Shown in pieces: positions 61,593 through 64,000 of a stretch of 64,000 nt of DNA. Position 1 is the first letter of the stretch. The number at the start of each line of letters is the position of its first letter. The DNA comes from Thiolinea sp. Its GTDB lineage: Bacteria; Pseudomonadota; Gammaproteobacteria; Thiotrichales; Thiotrichaceae. The position numbers and the translations under genes are program-made. Location of the stretch: the NCBI GenBank assembly GCA_049614265.1, contig JBMZDK010000001.1:1400-65399 (forward strand). The letters are read 5' to 3'. Below the pieces are notes generated by a model that saw nothing but the letters and a program-made list of their open reading frames with translations, was not told where the DNA came from and did not search any database.

Positions 61593-62534
61593 TTAGGCTA
61601 ACCCCAGCTCCCGCAATAAAAACAACCCGGCTGTCACCGCGACTACAGACAACAGTGAGGTCAGTGCGATCAATGCGGCTGCCAGATAATGATTTCCCCC
61701 CATTGACCGTATCATCGGATAACTGGCTGACGCGGTTGGTGCCGCTGTCATAAAGAACAGCACGCCTAAAGACTCACCACGAATCCCCAGCAACACTCCA
61801 ACAGTCACTATTAACCCCGGCACCAGCACCAGTTTAGCCAGGGTTCCCCAATACAAATTTACCGAACTATGAAACTCCCGCCAGCGGATTGCAGCACCGC
61901 CACACAGTAAAGCCAGCGGCAGTGCCATCGCGGCAAAATAATCCATTGTCTTCAGCATCATATCCGGCACCGGAATTCCCTGCCATGACACGAGCAAAGC
62001 CATGACAATTGCAATAATCAGCGGATTGCTGCTGATCTTTTTCAGCAGAATGAGCACAGGGGAACCACGATTCTCAACCGGAAGGTGCCGGTTAAGAGTA
62101 ATCAGCGACAAAACATTAAACAGGATAGTCATTGCTGCAATGTAAACTGATGCAACGGGTAAAATCTTATCGCCGTAGGCATTCAAGGCAAAAGCCAGCC
62201 CGACGATTCCCATATTACCGCGAAAAGCCCCCTGAACGAATGCACTGCGATCATTCTGTGGCAGCCACCCTGCAGCCAGCCATTCAAGCAGCACGAACGT
62301 CGCGACTGTTGCAGCAAGAGCGTAGCCCAGTAAGAACAAAGGAGGATTGCTGAAACTGACATCAATCAGCTTAGTAAACAGCAGGCAGGGCATGGCCACT
62401 TTAAACGCCAGGTCGGAACCAAGCCGGGCAAATTCATTGTTAATCAGCCCGACACGCTTCAGCGTAATGCCTGTTAAGATGATCAGGAAAATTGGCCCCG
62501 TCACACCGAATGAAAAGGCCAGATTTTCCAGCAT
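61593..62534 (-). CDS. AEC (auxin efflux carrier / membrane transport protein) family transporter
   Basis: About 10 TM helices, FRGNMGIVG, NPLIIA, AAPTASASY. Confidence 0.88.
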   Translation of the reverse strand: MLENLAFSFGVTGPIFLIILTGITLKRVGLINNEFARLGSDLAFKVAMPCLLFTKLIDVSFSNPPLFLLGYALAATVATFVLLEWLAAGWLPQNDRSAFVQGAFRGNMGIVGLAFALNAYGDKILPVASVYIAAMTILFNVLSLITLNRHLPVENRGSPVLILLKKISSNPLIIAIVMALLVSWQGIPVPDMMLKTMDYFAAMALPLALLCGGAAIRWREFHSSVNLYWGTLAKLVLVPGLIVTVGVLLGIRGESLGVLFFMTAAPTASASYPMIRSMGGNHYLAAALIALTSLLSVVAVTAGLFLLRELGLA

Positions 62535-62555
62535 AATTTAGTAATTCTCGCAGGT

Positions 62556-63146
62556 CTAAGACTTCTTCTCTCTTGGTAAGCGCCCCAGCAAATAAAACTC
62601 ATCATTAGCACGAATACTGGCCATGTTCACCATCCGGTTTGACAAGGCAAAAAATGCCGAGATAGCCCCAATATCCCAAATATCGTCATCACTAAACCCA
62701 TGCCCGTAAAGTGTTTGGTAATCCTCATCTCCAACCTCATAAGCTGTCAGCGAGACCTTAACCGCAAAATCCAGCATCGCTTGCTGACGCTCCGTAATAT
62801 CAGCTTTACGGTAATTGGTACCAATCTGATCCGCCAGCAGCGGATTCTTTTCCCGAATCCGGAGAATTGCCCCATGTGCTACCACACAATAAGTACACTG
62901 ATTGATTCCTGACGTTGCCACCACAATCATTTCACGCTCACCTTTCGTCAGACCACTGGCCCGCTCCATAAGGGCATCGTGATACTGAAAAAAAGCACGA
63001 AACTCGTCGGGCCGGTGAGCCAGTGCCAAAAACACATTGGGAATAAAACCGGATTTTTCCTGCACATCCAGAATTAATGCGCGCATATCTTCGGGAAGCT
63101 CGTTAATATCCGGAATGGGAAAGCGGCTGATGGGTTTATCTGACAT
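62556..63146 (-). CDS. AhpD-like peroxidase-related enzyme (carboxymuconolactone decarboxylase family)
   Basis: GFIPNVF, EREMIVVATSGINQCTYCVVAHG (CxxC..H). Start refined to ATG 63146. Confidence 0.9.
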   Translation of the reverse strand: MSDKPISRFPIPDINELPEDMRALILDVQEKSGFIPNVFLALAHRPDEFRAFFQYHDALMERASGLTKGEREMIVVATSGINQCTYCVVAHGAILRIREKNPLLADQIGTNYRKADITERQQAMLDFAVKVSLTAYEVGDEDYQTLYGHGFSDDDIWDIGAISAFFALSNRMVNMASIRANDEFYLLGRLPREKKS

Positions 63147-63208
63147 GAAGATTTCCTCTTTAAACGATGCTGCGTAGTGTAACAGACCCGGAATACACGG
63201 AAATAGCC

Positions 63209-64000
63209 ATGAAGCAGGATATACACGCTGACACCGCTGCAATCAGCCAGGATCGTTATGAACACCTGTGGCGGGTTGCACCCTGGTTATTTGTCTTACT
63301 CTGGGCCGGCGGCTATAGCTTCGCAAAACTGGGTTTAGCCTATATCGAACCGATGACATTACTGGCATTGCGTTATGGCATTGCAGTCGCTTTGCTGGTG
63401 CCACTGATGTGGTTATTGAAAGCTGCCTTACCTGTCAATCGCCAACACTGGCTGGCCTTAATTGTGACCGGCTTTCTGATTCAGAGTGTATATTTTGGGC
63501 TTGCCTATCTGGCCATGAAAGATGGTATGGGGGCGGGAACTACTGCACTGATCCTGTCGCTACAACCCATTCTTGTTGCTTTTCTCGCCCCGCTGCTGGT
63601 CGGTGAGCGCATCACCCGTTTGTTCTGGCTGGGTTTATTGCTGGGCTTTGGTGGCACGCTAATTGTGGTTTTTGCCAACTATACGATCGAAGCGGTTTCA
63701 TTGTTTGCTGTCAGTATGGCCGTTTGCGCACTGGCAGGAATAACTACGGCAACATTATTCGAAAAACGTTATGGCCAGAAAACTCACCCGGTTACCAATG
63801 CCTTTGTACAATACTGCGTCGGCTTTATCACACTGCTGCCCGTCGCTCTATGGTTAGAAGAGCAAACAGTGATCTGGCATCACGAACTGTTTATTGCACT
63901 GGCATATCTGGTAATCGGCAACTCCCTGATTGCAATCAGTCTGCTCATTGGGTTGATTCGGCGCGGTGCAGCCTCGAAAGTTTCTGCTTTGTTTTATCTG
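63209..64000 (+). CDS. EamA/DMT-family transporter, partial (runs off the right edge; not in the ORF track)
   Basis: Manual translation from ATG 63209: MKQDIHADTAAISQDRYEHLWRVAPWLFVLLWAGGYSFAKLGLAYIEPMTLLALRY..., followed by SLQPIL, GERI and ASKVSALFYL motifs. Confidence 0.88.
   Translation, partial: MKQDIHADTAAISQDRYEHLWRVAPWLFVLLWAGGYSFAKLGLAYIEPMTLLALRYGIAVALLVPLMWLLKAALPVNRQHWLALIVTGFLIQSVYFGLAYLAMKDGMGAGTTALILSLQPILVAFLAPLLVGERITRLFWLGLLLGFGGTLIVVFANYTIEAVSLFAVSMAVCALAGITTATLFEKRYGQKTHPVTNAFVQYCVGFITLLPVALWLEEQTVIWHHELFIALAYLVIGNSLIAISLLIGLIRRGAASKVSALFYL

Overview
About 64 kb of core chromosome from a gammaproteobacterium (roughly 48% GC by eye; the rpoE-rseABC, purB-roxA and glmU-glmS gene orders are typical of the class). 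A marine or sulfur-linked lifestyle is suggested but not proven by two SulP transporters, a periplasmic rhodanese/SoxH-like fusion, betaine-type catabolic flavoenzymes and an Aap amino-acid transporter. I found no integrase, transposase, CRISPR array, rRNA or tRNA. About 54 CDS are supported, including two edge genes missing from the ORF track: a SulP N-terminus at 1-124 and an EamA/DMT transporter at 63209-64000. The most interesting items are (i) an MscS / retropepsin-like protease / RimK / M14 deacylase module followed by an orphan small ORF; (ii) a single-chain MobA-MobB-MoeA fusion in a tungstate-transport/Moco operon that lacks tupA; (iii) an orphan hybrid kinase with both a periplasmic CxxCH heme domain and a FixL-like PAS domain; (iv) a secreted rhodanese-metallo-beta-lactamase fusion with a degenerate metal motif, divergent from a SulP with a Cys-rich tail; (v) an apparently frameshifted nadB relic between rpoE and purB; (vi) an outer-membrane barrel split by a helical insert. 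All family assignments come from motif recognition by eye; no database searches were run.
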